Shown here one piece after another: positions 23,755 through 36,639 of a DNA stretch of 64,000 bases. How positions within the stretch are numbered: the stretch's first letter is position 1; each line of letters opens with the position of its first letter. Made by a program: the position numbers and the translations under genes. Source of the DNA: Polymyxa betae A26-41. Lineage: Eukaryota; Protista; Endomyxa: Phytomyxea. The notes under the pieces were generated by a model, which worked only from the letters and a program-made list of their open reading frames with translations, was not told the DNA's origin and did no database searches. The DNA lies in assembly GCA_003693705.1 (NCBI GenBank), contig RBZT01000703.1:1-64000 (forward strand), in the 5' to 3' direction.

Positions 23755-25791
23755 CTATAATTTATCGGCTTGCGAATTCTCTGTCAGAGGCGCAGGAAAC
23801 GGGATGCGATTTTTAACGAGATCCGCAATGAACGACCGCATCTGAGATCGGAGCTCACATTTTGGCCATACACGAGTTTCTATCAGAGTCCTTAAGTACG
23901 ACCGCATATCAGCTCGAAGCTGGCATGTTGACCATAAACGGTCGCCGACAAACTCGACCATGAAGGCCCGCAAGTCGGATTGTAATTTCAACCTTGCCCG
24001 GACTGCATTTTCTGCGGTTTCCACAACGAACGACTGTATATGAGCTCGCATTGCATCCGCATCCAGCTTATCGACAAATGACCGGACTCTTTCGTCCAGA
24101 ATGCGACGCGCTACGTGTCGGACGCCTTTTAGGTACAACACCGGCGATGCTTGCGAATGTGTCGGTTTAGGGAACATGTCTAGCGATAGCGACAGAATCG
24201 ATAAGCCTGGACGCCGTGGCATGAACCTGGCAATCGTCAGCAGCTTGCAGCATTCATTTAATGAACGAACCTGAATGTGATAGGAAGACACTGCCCCGGC
24301 AAGATCGTAAATTCGACATCGAGCCAAGAGAACCCATGGTCGTCGTGGGATATGTGCGACAGCGGCTCTGGCCTCGGCAAAGGACGAAATCGGAAATGGA
24401 CGGCGGTCGTTCCCGAATTTGTGATGGTAACCCGAGATGTGGCTTCTGTCTGGGCTGAACTGACATTGAACGTTATAGCAGAAGCACTCATCTCTAAGCG
24501 AACGATCAAAGGCAAAGTCTGATCTTCATCATTGCCTTCGTTAGACGAACTGGCTTCAACATGTGTCGGTTCCTCTTTTGTTTTCATTCGTAAGGATTCA
24601 TGGTCGGTGCTATAGCCTGGTAACCGCCGCCTGGAGATAAATCAGCATCACATGAAGAACAGGCGAAGTGGAGGCTCTACCTCAAATCAAACAGATCTTG
24701 ACCGACGATCTCTAACGAATCCGTTTTGATAATCTCATGCGGACGTACAGCCGCGATTCGGTTACGAAGCTGATGGAATCGCTGTCGATATACTGAACTA
24801 TTCCTCCAGCTCGATCCTGGAGTCCGATCCTTCTGATTGCGATCTGACAAATCTGTTAATCAGCCTTTTGACGGCATTGTATCTTTACGAAGGGCCTATA
24901 AACCATGAAAGGCAACAAAACAAAAATAAATAAAAAAAAACTGACTTCGTGTGGGCTTGCGAATCGTCTCGATCATTCTGGAAGGCGAATTCTTCACCTC
25001 ACAGAACAGACCCGAGAAGATATTCCCGATTGGAACGAAGGTCGATGTCTCGCCTCGCAGCGACATTTTCCAAGCGGCCGGCGATGTCATCTTGTTCTCC
25101 AAGGGCGTCGCCGTATTCAGCAGATGTAAAGCCTCGATCTTCTCCCGGTATGCGTTGCCTTGGTCCATGGACAGGCGCTCCATACTGATTCCGACCCGTT
25201 TCGAGAGACGGCAACGAGTTTTGTCCCAGACCTGATTCATTTTCTCCCATCTCTCCAGAATCCGCCCTTCCCGGGTCGCTAGTAGCATCTCGCCACAAAG
25301 CCTGTAAAACCCGTCGTGAGTTCTCGCCACGAGGGACAAAGAAACCGAAATTTCAAAAGGCAAAAAGGAATAAAATAATCGCAAAGATAAATTAAAGCAT
25401 TCAAATGTAAAGCGCCTTACAGTTGGTTATATCGTTCTCGTTGCTGTGTAGCCTCGATACTTTTGGCGTCGGCAATTTCATTCAAATGACGGCGATATAA
25501 GTCGAGCTGAGATTCCTGAGCAGGGCCATCCTTATTGCTAAGTTGTTCGCCATTGTTTCTCGATCGTCTCGGTGAAGTCTGCAAGACGAACGTATCCGGG
25601 ACGCTTTCAATCATGTTTTGGTCGTCGACCATGGTCACCGTCCGGCCGCTTTCCAATTTTAGCGTCTGGCCAGGACGGATTCGTCGAGCGATGATGACCT
25701 TCATCTTCTGGCCCGCCTGATCGTCATCACGAGGCTTTAATCGGCGCCGGACCAGCCATTTTCGTGGCGGCGGCGACTCCGACATCCTCAA
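23755..25791 (-). CDS. MYCBPAP: MYCBP-associated protein (ciliary central-apparatus-associated)
   Basis: WKMSLR...VPIGNIFSGLFC; ITNSGTTAVHFRF; FTILPGQ. Confidence 0.7.
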
Positions 25792-26049
25792 TGGTCATCA
25801 GACGTACGTACTGTGACAGACTCCTGAACGATCATATCGTAGAATGGAATTGGTTGCTGCTTTTTTCCAAGCAGACTCGTCGATGCCATAGACATCGGCA
25901 GACAGCAGAGATAGAGGGCAATAAGAAGGTGAAAGAAGCGCAACAATTTTCAAAGAGGATGTCAGAAGGTTGCCTCTGTGAAACGTGTGTCATGTCTTAT
26001 TCCTGCAGAGACTGTTTCTCGAATGCTAAAATTCGGGAATTCTGGGCTC

Positions 26050-26109
26050 TAAAGGGATGCTATTGGCTGGACTGCAAATGTAAAGGGATGCTATTGGCTG
26101 GACTGTAAA
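26050..26109. repeat. 31-bp tandem duplication in the divergent MYCBPAP/RSP3 intergenic region
   Basis: taaagggatgctattggctggactg at 26050 and 26081. Confidence 0.85.
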
Positions 26110-26597
26110 GCCTTGCTTGTCAGAAGGTAGATTTTTCGTTTGAATATTGTTTGCTCTATGCATATTACAGACTGTGGGCGACAAATGATCGTTTTTCTAG
26201 GGCATCCAAACCAAAAAAATGAGAGGAACGACGTTAATCAACTCCCAAAGCATTGGATTCTGGAATTCATTCCCTCGCAGCAGCCGATTAGAAGCTCCGC
26301 CTGATGCATTAAATAGCAGCTTATCTGCTTATTTTGAATTAAATGAACCAGAAACCTGTTAGAAAGAATCCATTTGGGATTGTTCCATTAGCTACTACGG
26401 GTTAGCTTATGATGAATGATTATGGCTTGCTCGTACCGGCAACCATACATGACAGCCTGGCGCCGCGATTGGCAAAATCAGCTTGTGGGCTGTCAAAGCG
26501 CCGACGTTCAGGGCATTGACCACGTTCTGGTCTGTTCCGACTCGACACGAAAAATCAGGAAGTGTGGTCTCTTTCTTGAAACATTGAACTGAGAGCA

Positions 26598-28065
26598 ATG
26601 GCGATGTCGGCGAATGCAAAATCGGCAATCGAAAATGCTCTGTTCAAGGTTGGAACTATTCAACTGAAAGGGCAACTTCGCCATCCCTTGCAGAAAAAAC
26701 CATCAAACGAAAAACGCCAGGATTATGGAAGGTTATTTGATCCACGATCGTGAAGCCATTCAGGTACCCGATCTTAGTCTGTGCTATTTGTCAGCATGGT
26801 GGTCGGGAGGAGAGCGGCATCAGCGACGCCAGATTCAGGGTAAATCATCGCTACACCACAGATGATATCTTGATTGTATTTCCAGATGTTATGTGCCTCA
26901 GAATCTCATGTTTAATCGTCGCGTTTGTCGCGGCTCGACGTTTCGTCATGCAATGGCACCGCCAGCAGACGGCGCGCGTAAATCTGGCAACGCGACACGA
27001 CGCGCCACGACACGAGCAGAAGGGCGCCGTGCCTCGGGCGAGCTACCACAGAGCGACTCCCGCCGCGGTCTGACGCCGGAACCTGTCCCCGGGCGAATTC
27101 ACGCTCAAGCCCAGACGAAATCGTATCTGGAGGTGCTCGACGAAGGCATTGGAGAGTGCGAACAAGCCGTCCAAACCGAGGAGATCATCGATGCGCCTCT
27201 GCCTCCATTGTTCTACCCGCGTCCATCGGGCGAATCGAAAATGACCGAAATCGGGCCCGGCGATCTTTTCGATTTTGACGCCGAGGTCGGGATGGTCGAG
27301 TTAAGAGATGCAGCGATTCAATCGGATTAGGTGGCGCCAACCGTTGAGGTTCTGGTTGGGAAGACGATCGACCAGGCGCTGCTGGACGTCGTCGAAGAGG
27401 CCGAACTAGTGCAGGTCGCCGCTCAGCAAGAACAGTTCGAGCATATGCGAATGGTGAAATTAGCCGAGATGCAGCGGCTCGAAGCCCGCGAGGTCAGGCT
27501 GCATGAAGAGAAGCAGCGACGCCTTCGACAGGCGCGAGAACGCAAAGAAAAAGAGGTCGAGCTGGCCCGGAAGGTTGTGGCGAGAACTGTTGCTAAAGAT
27601 TCTTTGCATGGTGGGAATTGGTCTTCGCGCGCTTTCGTTTTTTTTCATTGATGACGACAGCAATGAACGTGGCGGTTTTGGGAAATCTGGCGTCGAAAGG
27701 TCTCTTCCGCGATGGACTTCGCGATCAGATCGAGGAGGACTTCCTGCCATGGCTGCAGAATGAAACCGTGTCTCGTGTAGAAGTAACCAACGTCTCCAAA
27801 CAGGTAAGGTGCTCCTACGTCACATTGCAACTTAAACGAAAATTCGCTCCAGATCTCGGAATCGGTGACTTTGGAGGCGATGACACAGGCTGCAGAACGA
27901 TCCAGACAAGACGCCGATCAGCGACGATCATTGTTGGCTGATTTGCAGCACGAACAGGAGTTGCAGTTGATCGCCCAAAGGCAGGCAGCGGCTGCTGCTG
28001 CCGCCGAAAATGCAACCGATGCTTCCATTAATGAGACAGAGCCACCCGCCGAAGAGAATGAATAA
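26598..28065 (+). CDS. RSPH3: Radial spoke protein 3
   Basis: NLMFNRRVCRGSTF, GRIHAQAQTKSYLE, GDLFDFDAEV|APTVEVLVGKTIDQAL and IEEDFLPWL; start uncertain. Confidence 0.9.
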
Positions 28066-28293
28066 ACCTTATAATCAAGAGAGATTTGAATCGTCTCGGT
28101 GCGAAATATTGACTAATGGACATATTCGCACCTCTGTAACCAATCGAATGCTTGATTACATATTGCATTTAAAGCATCAAGCTGGAGAAATTGGTTTCGG
28201 GCCTGTGTAAGTCTCCGATCCAATAGTTCACGATTTAGGCAGGAACGAAATTCGGAGGAATCTTCGCAATTCAGATTTTTAAAGTCCAAAGTC

Positions 28294-28662
28294 ATGAAGC
28301 GAATTCTGCTGCTGACCCTGCTCGCTGTGATGTTGAAGGCGATTGTCGCCCATGACGCTGCTGGTCTGACGTCGGGAGATACAGCATCAAAAGAGGCACC
28401 ATTTCAAGCGTTGCAGACGGATATAGGTGGGGACTTAAGACAGTATGGTGGCGGGTATGGAGGAGGAATGGGTTATGGATATGGAAGAGGAATGGGTTAT
28501 GGATATGGAGGGGGCATGGGGCCCTATGGTGGATACGGTTATCGTGGAGGGATGGGATATCCGGGAGGATATTGGGGCCGTGGTCGCTATGGTAGATTTG
28601 GACATTATGGACACCCTCATTATGGGAGGCCGAGAAGATTCGAGAGAGAGCGATATATCTGA
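28294..28662 (+). CDS. Small secreted Gly/Tyr/Met-rich protein
   Basis: Signal peptide MKRILLLTLLAVMLKAIVA; GGGMGYGY repeats. Confidence 0.75.
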   Translation: MKRILLLTLLAVMLKAIVAHDAAGLTSGDTASKEAPFQALQTDIGGDLRQYGGGYGGGMGYGYGRGMGYGYGGGMGPYGGYGYRGGMGYPGGYWGRGRYGRFGHYGHPHYGRPRRFERERYI

Positions 28663-28713
28663 GCGATATGCCTGAATTATTGAGATACACATGAGTGGAT
28701 ATGTTTATAAAAA

Positions 28714-29982
28714 CTAAATGCGAACATATTCGGTGGAAGTCGTAGCAGAGGGCAGGGAATCCAGTGATAAACTTGCAGAGCGCGATTTTCGCACGACAAA
28801 TGCAAGGCCAAGCAGCATTACTAGAAAAGACACGGTTGCCAAGCAAGTTAGTAGAATGTTAAAACCAGAAACCTCATGCGTCGGTTCCATCTCCGTACTG
28901 AATTGGTTCTCATGAATTTCTGAGGGTGCAACATTCGCCATAGCCAAGGCGCGCTGACATTTCATACTAACAGACTTGACCTGGTAAAGGCACGCTTTCA
29001 AATCCTACAATGGATCAAAACGGGCAACAAACATGCAGAATGTTCTGTCACCTGTCCGGATTTATCGGTGCAGAAACTGATACGCTCCTGCTTACATCTG
29101 TGCTCGAGACTGTCTTTCAAGGATTTTTTACACTGCTTTGAAATCGAATCTTCACGATCATGCAAGCATTCATACATAGATTCCGGAGGAACATCTGCAC
29201 AGTATTGCTGTGATTCTTGTTCACAAGCAAAAAATTGTGATTTGCTTTCAGCTTGGGTCTGCCCTGGATTTACTTGGGGGGCACATTGTAGATTGTGCTG
29301 CGTAATGCATCCTTTGAGGTCCCTCATTGTGGTGATGTCAGGACACATGCGCTGAGCTTCAGGAACGCAAGCAAATAGGCGGCAATTCTCTACAATGCGA
29401 GAACATGGGGCAGAAAGGGCGCGTTTCAATTTTGGCTGACGAAGGCAGTTCATCGTGCCCAAAAGACTATCTTCCTGTTCCTAATTCATACTGGTGGCTG
29501 GCTAAATGATAGCATCTGCTTACCTTTGAGCAATATTCCTGCTCGTCCGCTCTGCAGGCATGAGTTTCAGGCAGATGCCCGATTTTGGTTTGGCCAATTG
29601 ATTGGTTCCAGCATTTGTCGGAAAGCTCAGCGCGGTGCTTCCAGAGGCACACCAAAGTCTCTTTAGTGCCATTGGCGTCAGGGCAGAATTTCTTGATATC
29701 ATCAATGCAATTGTACATGGGGCAATCATGCAAGCCGGATGCACAATCTACAGATGATCAGTACGTATAGGTGACTTCGAGGTGAAGCTATCGACCTGCG
29801 GAAAGCTGTTTCTCATGATCCTGAAGGCATTCCATAATCTTCACCGGATCCTTCATATTTGGGCAAAACGATTCGACATCCGCTTTACAAGCACGACGAA
29901 CGACGCGATCGGGGATCTGATCGGCGAATCCAAGACAGGGCATGACCGCCATGGCGACCAGCATGAGTCTTATCGACATCAT
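28714..29982 (-). CDS. Type I membrane protein with cysteine-rich GLG1/CFR-like repeats
   Basis: Signal peptide; repeated ACKADVESFC...IMECLQDH..QLS..C units; C-terminal TM (TVSFLVMLLGLAFVV). Confidence 0.8.
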
Positions 29983-30430
29983 CTAGTAAAGCAATCAGGC
30001 TTAAATGAATGAGAAATTGGTAATGAATCGCAGCCTCCTCTACAGTCAGCACCTGTGACTGGGTGCCCGACTTAGGGAGAGACACCCACAAATGATATCA
30101 AGACAAAGGCTCAGATAACAAATGGGAGATAGATCTATGTGTCGTGAAAGCCCCGATTGAATGAAAATTCATAAGCCTGGGTCAGGAGGCTCGCCTCGGT
30201 CGTTATCCTAGCAAATGACCTGTTAAAACGACCGTAAGTATTCAGGCAGGCTGTGCTATTGCATGTTGATGTGAGGCTTGTTCCACGGCGCTTGTTTCAG
30301 AAAGTGAAATTGATCTCTATATACAGACAGATGTTCTACTTTTGATTCATTTCGATCATGTCTGTGCAAGTAGATTTCAGCAGACAACAGCCTCAGATAT
30401 TATTGCTGACCAGGACTACCAGCGAACTTG

Positions 30431-31834
30431 ATGAATTCCAGGTTACTTTTGTTGATTCAAGTAATCGTTTGCTATTGTCATGCCTCTTTACAACTATTAT
30501 CTGAACCATTCGTTAACGAAACCTACTACTGCACATCGGTGACCAGATTTTTGGGTCGTCAACCGGGAGACTCTTCGACCGTAATCGCTCAGCTGCACTA
30601 TCTCAGATCCGACCCTTGCGAAATGGAGAGCATCACCCGCTATGAAGTTCAAGGCAAAGCCATTATTGTCGCGGTCTGCGGCTGTTCTGAAGATCGTGTC
30701 TATTACAATCTCGCCGAAAAGGGCGCTGCTGCCGTTATTCGCACAACCAGCTTCCAGCCTGGATCAGCGTATAACATGAGAGCATTTTCGTCTGAAATCA
30801 GCTCTCGCACCGACATGCCTTATGTTGAGGTCCCGCCGCTGGTTTTTGATGGCGATTTCCGCTTTGAAGGTGTCGTTGTTTCAATTCGCCCAGACCCGAA
30901 TATCTGGGTTCCATATTTCGAATCATGGCAATGGCAGACGTTCTTAAGATGGCTTCCTGGATGTTTGTACTGTCTGGGAGCCGTGCTCGCTTCGATCTTC
31001 CTCGTAAGGCGTTTCTATGACGACTGTCAGAGATATTATCAGCAAACACCAAGAAGCATTCAGCGTTATAGCGAGGCGTTTCATTATGGGTTATCAAAGG
31101 TAAATCTGAGCCATTTGGCGCTGGCGATCGAAATCGTAAAATGCCCGATCATGGCATTCGTCTGCATGGTCGGTGGTTTGCATTCCACTCCCAATCTGCC
31201 GGACCAGGTCGTGAGGTTCTTTGTCTCACAGCTCAGCGGCTGGACATTCGTGACGACCATGATTTCAGCGCGAACATGGCATCGGGCGACCCATCGACAT
31301 TCGCAATCGAAATCTTTCCTATCGATGGTGATCGGCGACTCTGGCACTAGGCATATTTTCGTTGCAATAACAGCCGTTCCGCTCGTTCTAGATTTCATGA
31401 TATCCGGATTGTATGTTATCTACGTTCCCAATGAATATCCGATACTGGATTTTGTCGTTGGTGGGATCTTCTTCGTATTGAAATTATTGGTCGGATCACT
31501 CTTCCTGCAGCAATCGACGACGTTTCTTTACAACGCCTACAAAAATGCTGCAGTACTCGACATATATGCTCCAAATCATGATCACAACGTCAAGATGCAG
31601 CTCTTGTATCAAAGTTTGTATGCTCTTGGCGTCGGAATCTCCATCGGTATTTATATTTCCGGCACATTACTGATAACCGTAGCCTCCACTTATTTTAGCT
31701 ACCCACAAGGATTCATGGCAGCGTTTGCACTAATGACACTTGGGCAAGCCATTGAGACTATTTTCCACATCATGTTATTCCGGCCAGCCAGCAGATTAAA
31801 TATGCAGCACCTTGAATCTTTGTCTAAGCAATAG
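30431..31834 (+). CDS. Intronless PA-domain plus 7TM GPCR-like receptor
   Basis: Signal peptide; PA-like DPC...VQGKAIIV..GC.....NLAEKGAAAVI...MPYVEV; about seven hydrophobic helices follow. Confidence 0.7.
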   Translation: MNSRLLLLIQVIVCYCHASLQLLSEPFVNETYYCTSVTRFLGRQPGDSSTVIAQLHYLRSDPCEMESITRYEVQGKAIIVAVCGCSEDRVYYNLAEKGAAAVIRTTSFQPGSAYNMRAFSSEISSRTDMPYVEVPPLVFDGDFRFEGVVVSIRPDPNIWVPYFESWQWQTFLRWLPGCLYCLGAVLASIFLVRRFYDDCQRYYQQTPRSIQRYSEAFHYGLSKVNLSHLALAIEIVKCPIMAFVCMVGGLHSTPNLPDQVVRFFVSQLSGWTFVTTMISARTWHRATHRHSQSKSFLSMVIGDSGTRHIFVAITAVPLVLDFMISGLYVIYVPNEYPILDFVVGGIFFVLKLLVGSLFLQQSTTFLYNAYKNAAVLDIYAPNHDHNVKMQLLYQSLYALGVGISIGIYISGTLLITVASTYFSYPQGFMAAFALMTLGQAIETIFHIMLFRPASRLNMQHLESLSKQ

Positions 31835-32704
31835 CAACATGGAATATTTCATTTTTTTAATGCCATTAAACACATACCCTCTGTAAAGACGCTCAGGCTT
31901 GGACCCTGTTCTGCCGGTTGCCATCACATGCGATCTAAGGCGATAGATCAATTGGCTTAGGTTCGTAGTTGTATAAAGCCAAGCTGTTGCCGCATCGATA
32001 AGATTTGTTGGCCTCCTTGTTCATCACAGCAACAGTTTCTTTTCTTTGAACATTTCGTGACCGTTCGCGAAACTGGAGGCATCTTCAGCGACATTTACGA
32101 TATTGCCCCGAAATCGATGATCTTGATTGCAGCAGGACATTTGCAAGCCCCAACAAAAATTTTATACTTTGTTACAAATGCTGTGATAAGTTTTGTACGG
32201 ATTGGATAGGCTTCGCGATGTCATGCCTCATCAGGCAATTCCACGTCGATGACGACCACTACTCCTGACGTTGTTTGACTGAACGGTTATGGCGAATAAC
32301 AGCGACAAGTCCTCCTAGGAGCAAGATCAAAATCTTCGAAGTGGAGAGCAAATTTCCCGGTCCTCTTACAATGCTGTGAAGTGTTGGCAGAGGCTGTGAT
32401 GGACTCCACAGAAAGGAAACATTTTTATTTGAATAGCAGGTTGGCATGGATCAACAGGCAGCGAGTCTTGCTTCTTAAAAATACGTTCAGATAGATATTG
32501 TAGCAACAGTTTTAATTTAGAAAATAGCAGAATATACAAGTACCCTCAAAATTTGGCTTACATCTCGAATTCGGCGAATAGATGAAATGACCCATTCATT
32601 AAGAACTTGAGGTGATGGAAATAAAGAGAAAGTTAACGTAAACGACAGTTCAATTTACAAAACTTAATAGCAGGAGCCATCTTAGCGGCACTCGTTAACA
32701 TGCA

Positions 32705-32822
32705 GGATGGGCTCATACTGGAGCGAATCTGCCTGGTCTCGTTCCGAATTGCGAAGCCAAGCTGTCTTGGGCCAGCTTAGTACTAGCATGGGTGACCAAC
32801 CAGGAACCGCTGGGTGATGTAA
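32705..32822 (+). rRNA. Divergent solitary 5S rRNA copy, probably a pseudogene
   Basis: CATAC...CGAA...GAAGCCAAGC...TTGGGCCAGCTTAGTACTAGCATGGGTGACC...GGAACCGCTGGGTG, ~118 nt, followed by a T-rich run; CCAGC/GCTGG helix intact, terminal helix I does not pair. Confidence 0.75.
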
Positions 32823-33015
32823 TTGTTCTTTGGGAAAACGGCCTCATGTATTTCCAAAGTATTTTTGTCCCTTCTTGCCTTCCAAAATCTATAGTGTAGA
32901 TAAAAACAATCTCAATCAAGTTCATTTAGCATAGATAATCGTAATTGTTTTGCGACGAGGATGCCAGCGTCGACATCACACGAAGATTTATGTGACAAGC
33001 TGACAATATCCATCT

Positions 33016-34455
33016 CTAGACAACAATCCTCCAAAGCTGCTCTGAGGTGGACCCATCACGAGATTTCTCAATTGCTAATCCCAAGTCAGGATCGTATACT
33101 AAAAACGCTTCCAGATCAGTATCCACAAGTCTTTCCGAATAACGAAATCGAACCCGGTTCACGATCCATGGTTTTAGCAGCATCTGCATAGTACGCCCCA
33201 AATGCATCAGCGCCATCGTTAACAGGGACGATCTCCACATCATCAGCTTCACGCCGAACCATCAGCTGCTCTAACGGCAACGCCTGAAGCAATCGTCAGA
33301 TGATGATGTCCCGATCTGGCGTAGTTCAAGCCCGACTTTATCCTCCAGATGATGTTTCACACCAATGATGGGCGTCTCTGAAAACACCTTATGCAGGCTG
33401 CATATCTCCTGATAGATCTCAAGCAGCTTCTCAGCTGGGTCGATTCGAAATCCAAGCACATAACCGCCGCTGTTTGTCGAGGTGTTCAGCACCAACGCTT
33501 TTCCGAATTTCGAATCACGAACTTTCACATCGCTCTGTGATTGCAATTAGTTCAACATGATTGTCAAGTTATCTGGAATTACAATTTGAATATAGGGAAT
33601 GCTAACATTGAAGTTCTCAGCCATATTTGCGAACCAGACCAATCGGATATTAGAGATCACGAATATACCAAGGTTGCCCTGCTCGGACGACAGATTCCAG
33701 ACCCCTCCGACCTAATCGAATACCTCAGCGAGAACATTGCTAAATGTTACACGACAAACCTGATTGTAAACATGCTCGTCTGGCAGCAGAATCAGCTGTT
33801 TATCGTTGATAATGGCACCTCGAAGTTTCAGGTCCCGATAGAGCTTTGTGGTCTCGTACGACCTGAATCCAGATCTGATTAGAAAACCTGCTTCCTTGAT
33901 AGTTTGCTTCAAACCTGAACACGCTCTGAACAGTCGAGAATAATCGGGGACTTCGCCGAACAAGGCTCGTGAAGATGAACTCGAATCGAGTCCCATTGAA
34001 CTTGGTCATCACGTAAAGCGCCTCCGTATTCCCTTGAAAATTTGCAATAAGAAACAACGGGAGGCATTCAAAATAGAATTGAAAGAACAAAAGAAAGTTG
34101 TTGCCGAATCTTATAATATTTAGACGAACTTGTCTGACCTCTTAACCTTGATTGGGCCAGACGAATGTTAATGTTGAGAACACAGTTATATCCAATACTA
34201 AGATTGGTTCTCTGACTCTGCTGGGCGATCCATATTAAGCGAAGATTGGTTACGATCAAAGCACCCTTCTCGCCATTATTCCCCTTTGTGTCTTCTACCG
34301 AATTGATCGAGTCAATTTGGAACTCTCCCGATCGACACAAAATTTGCCTATTGGTTCATCAAGTGAAGGACAACAAGCAACTACCGATAATCTTACGAAA
34401 AAGAAATATCAAAACGAATTTGTCGATCTTGCCAGATCTCTTTCGACGCTTCCAT
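33016..34455 (-). CDS. BBS5: Bardet-Biedl syndrome 5 protein (BBSome)
   Basis: [58 protein letters not shown] and [12 protein letters not shown]. Confidence 0.96.
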
Positions 34456-34660
34456 AGAGACGATAGCAAAGAGCGATGCTCAAGCGGCGCCCACTGTGAC
34501 GAGAGATTATCATGCTGGCCTGAAAACGACCCTCTAAAAAAATTATACATGACTATAAATAAGACGAAGCTGTAATCTACAAGGAGTGTTTACAAGAGGA
34601 TTCGGAAATGGAGACAGTTTTAGTAAATTTCAAAAAAGGACAAGTAAAATATTTAGCACT

Positions 34661-36019
34661 TTAATACTCATCACCCTCATCACCTTCGGCATCGTCATCA
34701 GCACTTTCCTGGGCAACCTCTTCGTAGTCCTTCTCCATGGCGGCCAAATCTTCACGAGCCTCGGAGAATTCACCTTCTTCCATACCTTCACCGACGTACC
34801 AGTGAACGAAGGCACGCTTGGCGTACATCAGATCGAACTTGTGGTCCATGCGGCCCATGACTTCAGCAATGGCAGTGGTGTTGGAAATCATGAGAACAGA
34901 ACGCTGAACCTTGGCAAGATCTCCACCAGGGACAACAGTAGGCGGCTGGTAGTTGATACCGACTTTGAAACCGGTCGGGCACCAATCGACGAAACGGATG
35001 GTACGCTTGGTCTTGACGGTGCCGATGGCAGCGTTGACATCCTTGGGGACAACATCACCTCGGTACATCATACAGCAGGCCATGTACTTTCCGTGACGAG
35101 GATCACACTTGACCATCTGGTTGGCGGGCTCGAAAACCGAGTTGGTGATTTCGGCGACAGAGAGCTGCTCGTGGTAAGCAATCTCAGCACTGATAACAGG
35201 AGCCAGGGCACACAGAGGGAAGTGGATACGCGGGTACGGAACCAAGTTGGTCTGGAATTCGGTCAGATCGACGTTCAGGGCACCATCGAAACGCAGAGAG
35301 GCAGTGACGGACGAAATGCACTGAGCGATCAGACGGTTCAGGTTGGTGTAGGTCGGGCGTTCAATGCCGAGATTACGGCGACAGATGTCGTACAAAGCCT
35401 CGTTGTCGACCATGAATGCAACATCAGAGTGTTCCATCATAGCGTGGGCACACAGAACCGAGTTGTATGGTTCAACAACGGCGGTGGAGACCTGAGGCGA
35501 CGGGTAGACAGCGAACTCGATCTTGGACTTCTTGCCGTAGTCGACAGACAGACGTTCCAGAAGCAGGGAACCGAAACCGGAACCGGTACCACCACCGAAG
35601 GCGTGGAAGATCATGAAACCTTGCAGACCAGTGCAGTTGTCGGCCAACTTACGAAGACGGTCCAGGACGAGGTCGATGACTTCCTTTCCGATGGTGTAAT
35701 GACCACGAGCGTAGTTGTTGGCAGCATCTTCCTTGCCGGAGATCAACTGTTCGGGGTGGAACAGCTGACGGTAGGTACCAGTACGAACTTCATCAACGAC
35801 GGTGGGCTCCAAGTCGACCATGACGGTACGAGGGACGTGCTTGCCGGCGCCGGTCTCAGAGAAGAAGGTGTTGAAGGCATCGTCACCACCCCCGATAGTC
35901 TTGTCTGATGGCATCTGACCATCTGGTTGGATACCGTGCTCGAGGCAGAACAGCTCCCAGCAGGCGTTACCAGTCTGGACACCAGCCTGGCCGATGTGGA
36001 TAGTGATACACTCACGCAT
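34661..36019 (-). CDS. TUA: Alpha-tubulin (intronless; K40 and C-terminal Tyr present)
   Basis: [21 protein letters not shown]-terminal ...DEY. Confidence 0.99.
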   Translation of the reverse strand: MRECITIHIGQAGVQTGNACWELFCLEHGIQPDGQMPSDKTIGGGDDAFNTFFSETGAGKHVPRTVMVDLEPTVVDEVRTGTYRQLFHPEQLISGKEDAANNYARGHYTIGKEVIDLVLDRLRKLADNCTGLQGFMIFHAFGGGTGSGFGSLLLERLSVDYGKKSKIEFAVYPSPQVSTAVVEPYNSVLCAHAMMEHSDVAFMVDNEALYDICRRNLGIERPTYTNLNRLIAQCISSVTASLRFDGALNVDLTEFQTNLVPYPRIHFPLCALAPVISAEIAYHEQLSVAEITNSVFEPANQMVKCDPRHGKYMACCMMYRGDVVPKDVNAAIGTVKTKRTIRFVDWCPTGFKVGINYQPPTVVPGGDLAKVQRSVLMISNTTAIAEVMGRMDHKFDLMYAKRAFVHWYVGEGMEEGEFSEAREDLAAMEKDYEEVAQESADDDAEGDEGDEY

Positions 36020-36639
36020 GGCGAAGAACGGTGATGACACAAAGAATCAAGACCGATCTAATAGATTAGGGGGAGAGAGTCAACCTCGAAGCAGAGAACG
36101 ACACGAACGCAACACTGACGAGATCACAATGACGGATAGACAGCGAGGTGGAAGAGAGACCGAGGTACACTTGAGGGTACGAGTGCGATCTGCGCGTCAC
36201 AGACTCACGCTGGGAGGCTGCGTTCCCTGTCACCCTCAAACCTTACGAGATCATAGCGGCCTCCCTTAAATTCCAACCTGAATTATGCGCGCGGGCATCC
36301 GAGCTGGGATGAAAATGGCGCGAAACTGGCGAAGCCCAATGTAAAAATCGCTCGAGGTAGTTTATTCATTTTGCATACTGAAAAATCATTACTCTATCAA
36401 GAATCACAATCACCTGCAATCCCAGGAGCAATTGCGACATTTCGGCTATGCCTTGTCTATATAAATAGAATGGGCGGTTTTCATGATAGCCTCCAACATG
36501 TTATGCTTTGCCTGCCTAAACGTAAATTCGCACGTCTCTTACATGCATGATGCTCTTCTAACCATAAATTCTTATCTCGACTCGATCAGCAAAAAATGTA
36601 TAGAAATTGCGCTGCATAGGAGATGACGCTGCAGTCGCC

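Noticed and set aside
34586-35908. 440-aa ORF on the + strand
   Set aside because: Antisense shadow of the codon-biased alpha-tubulin gene
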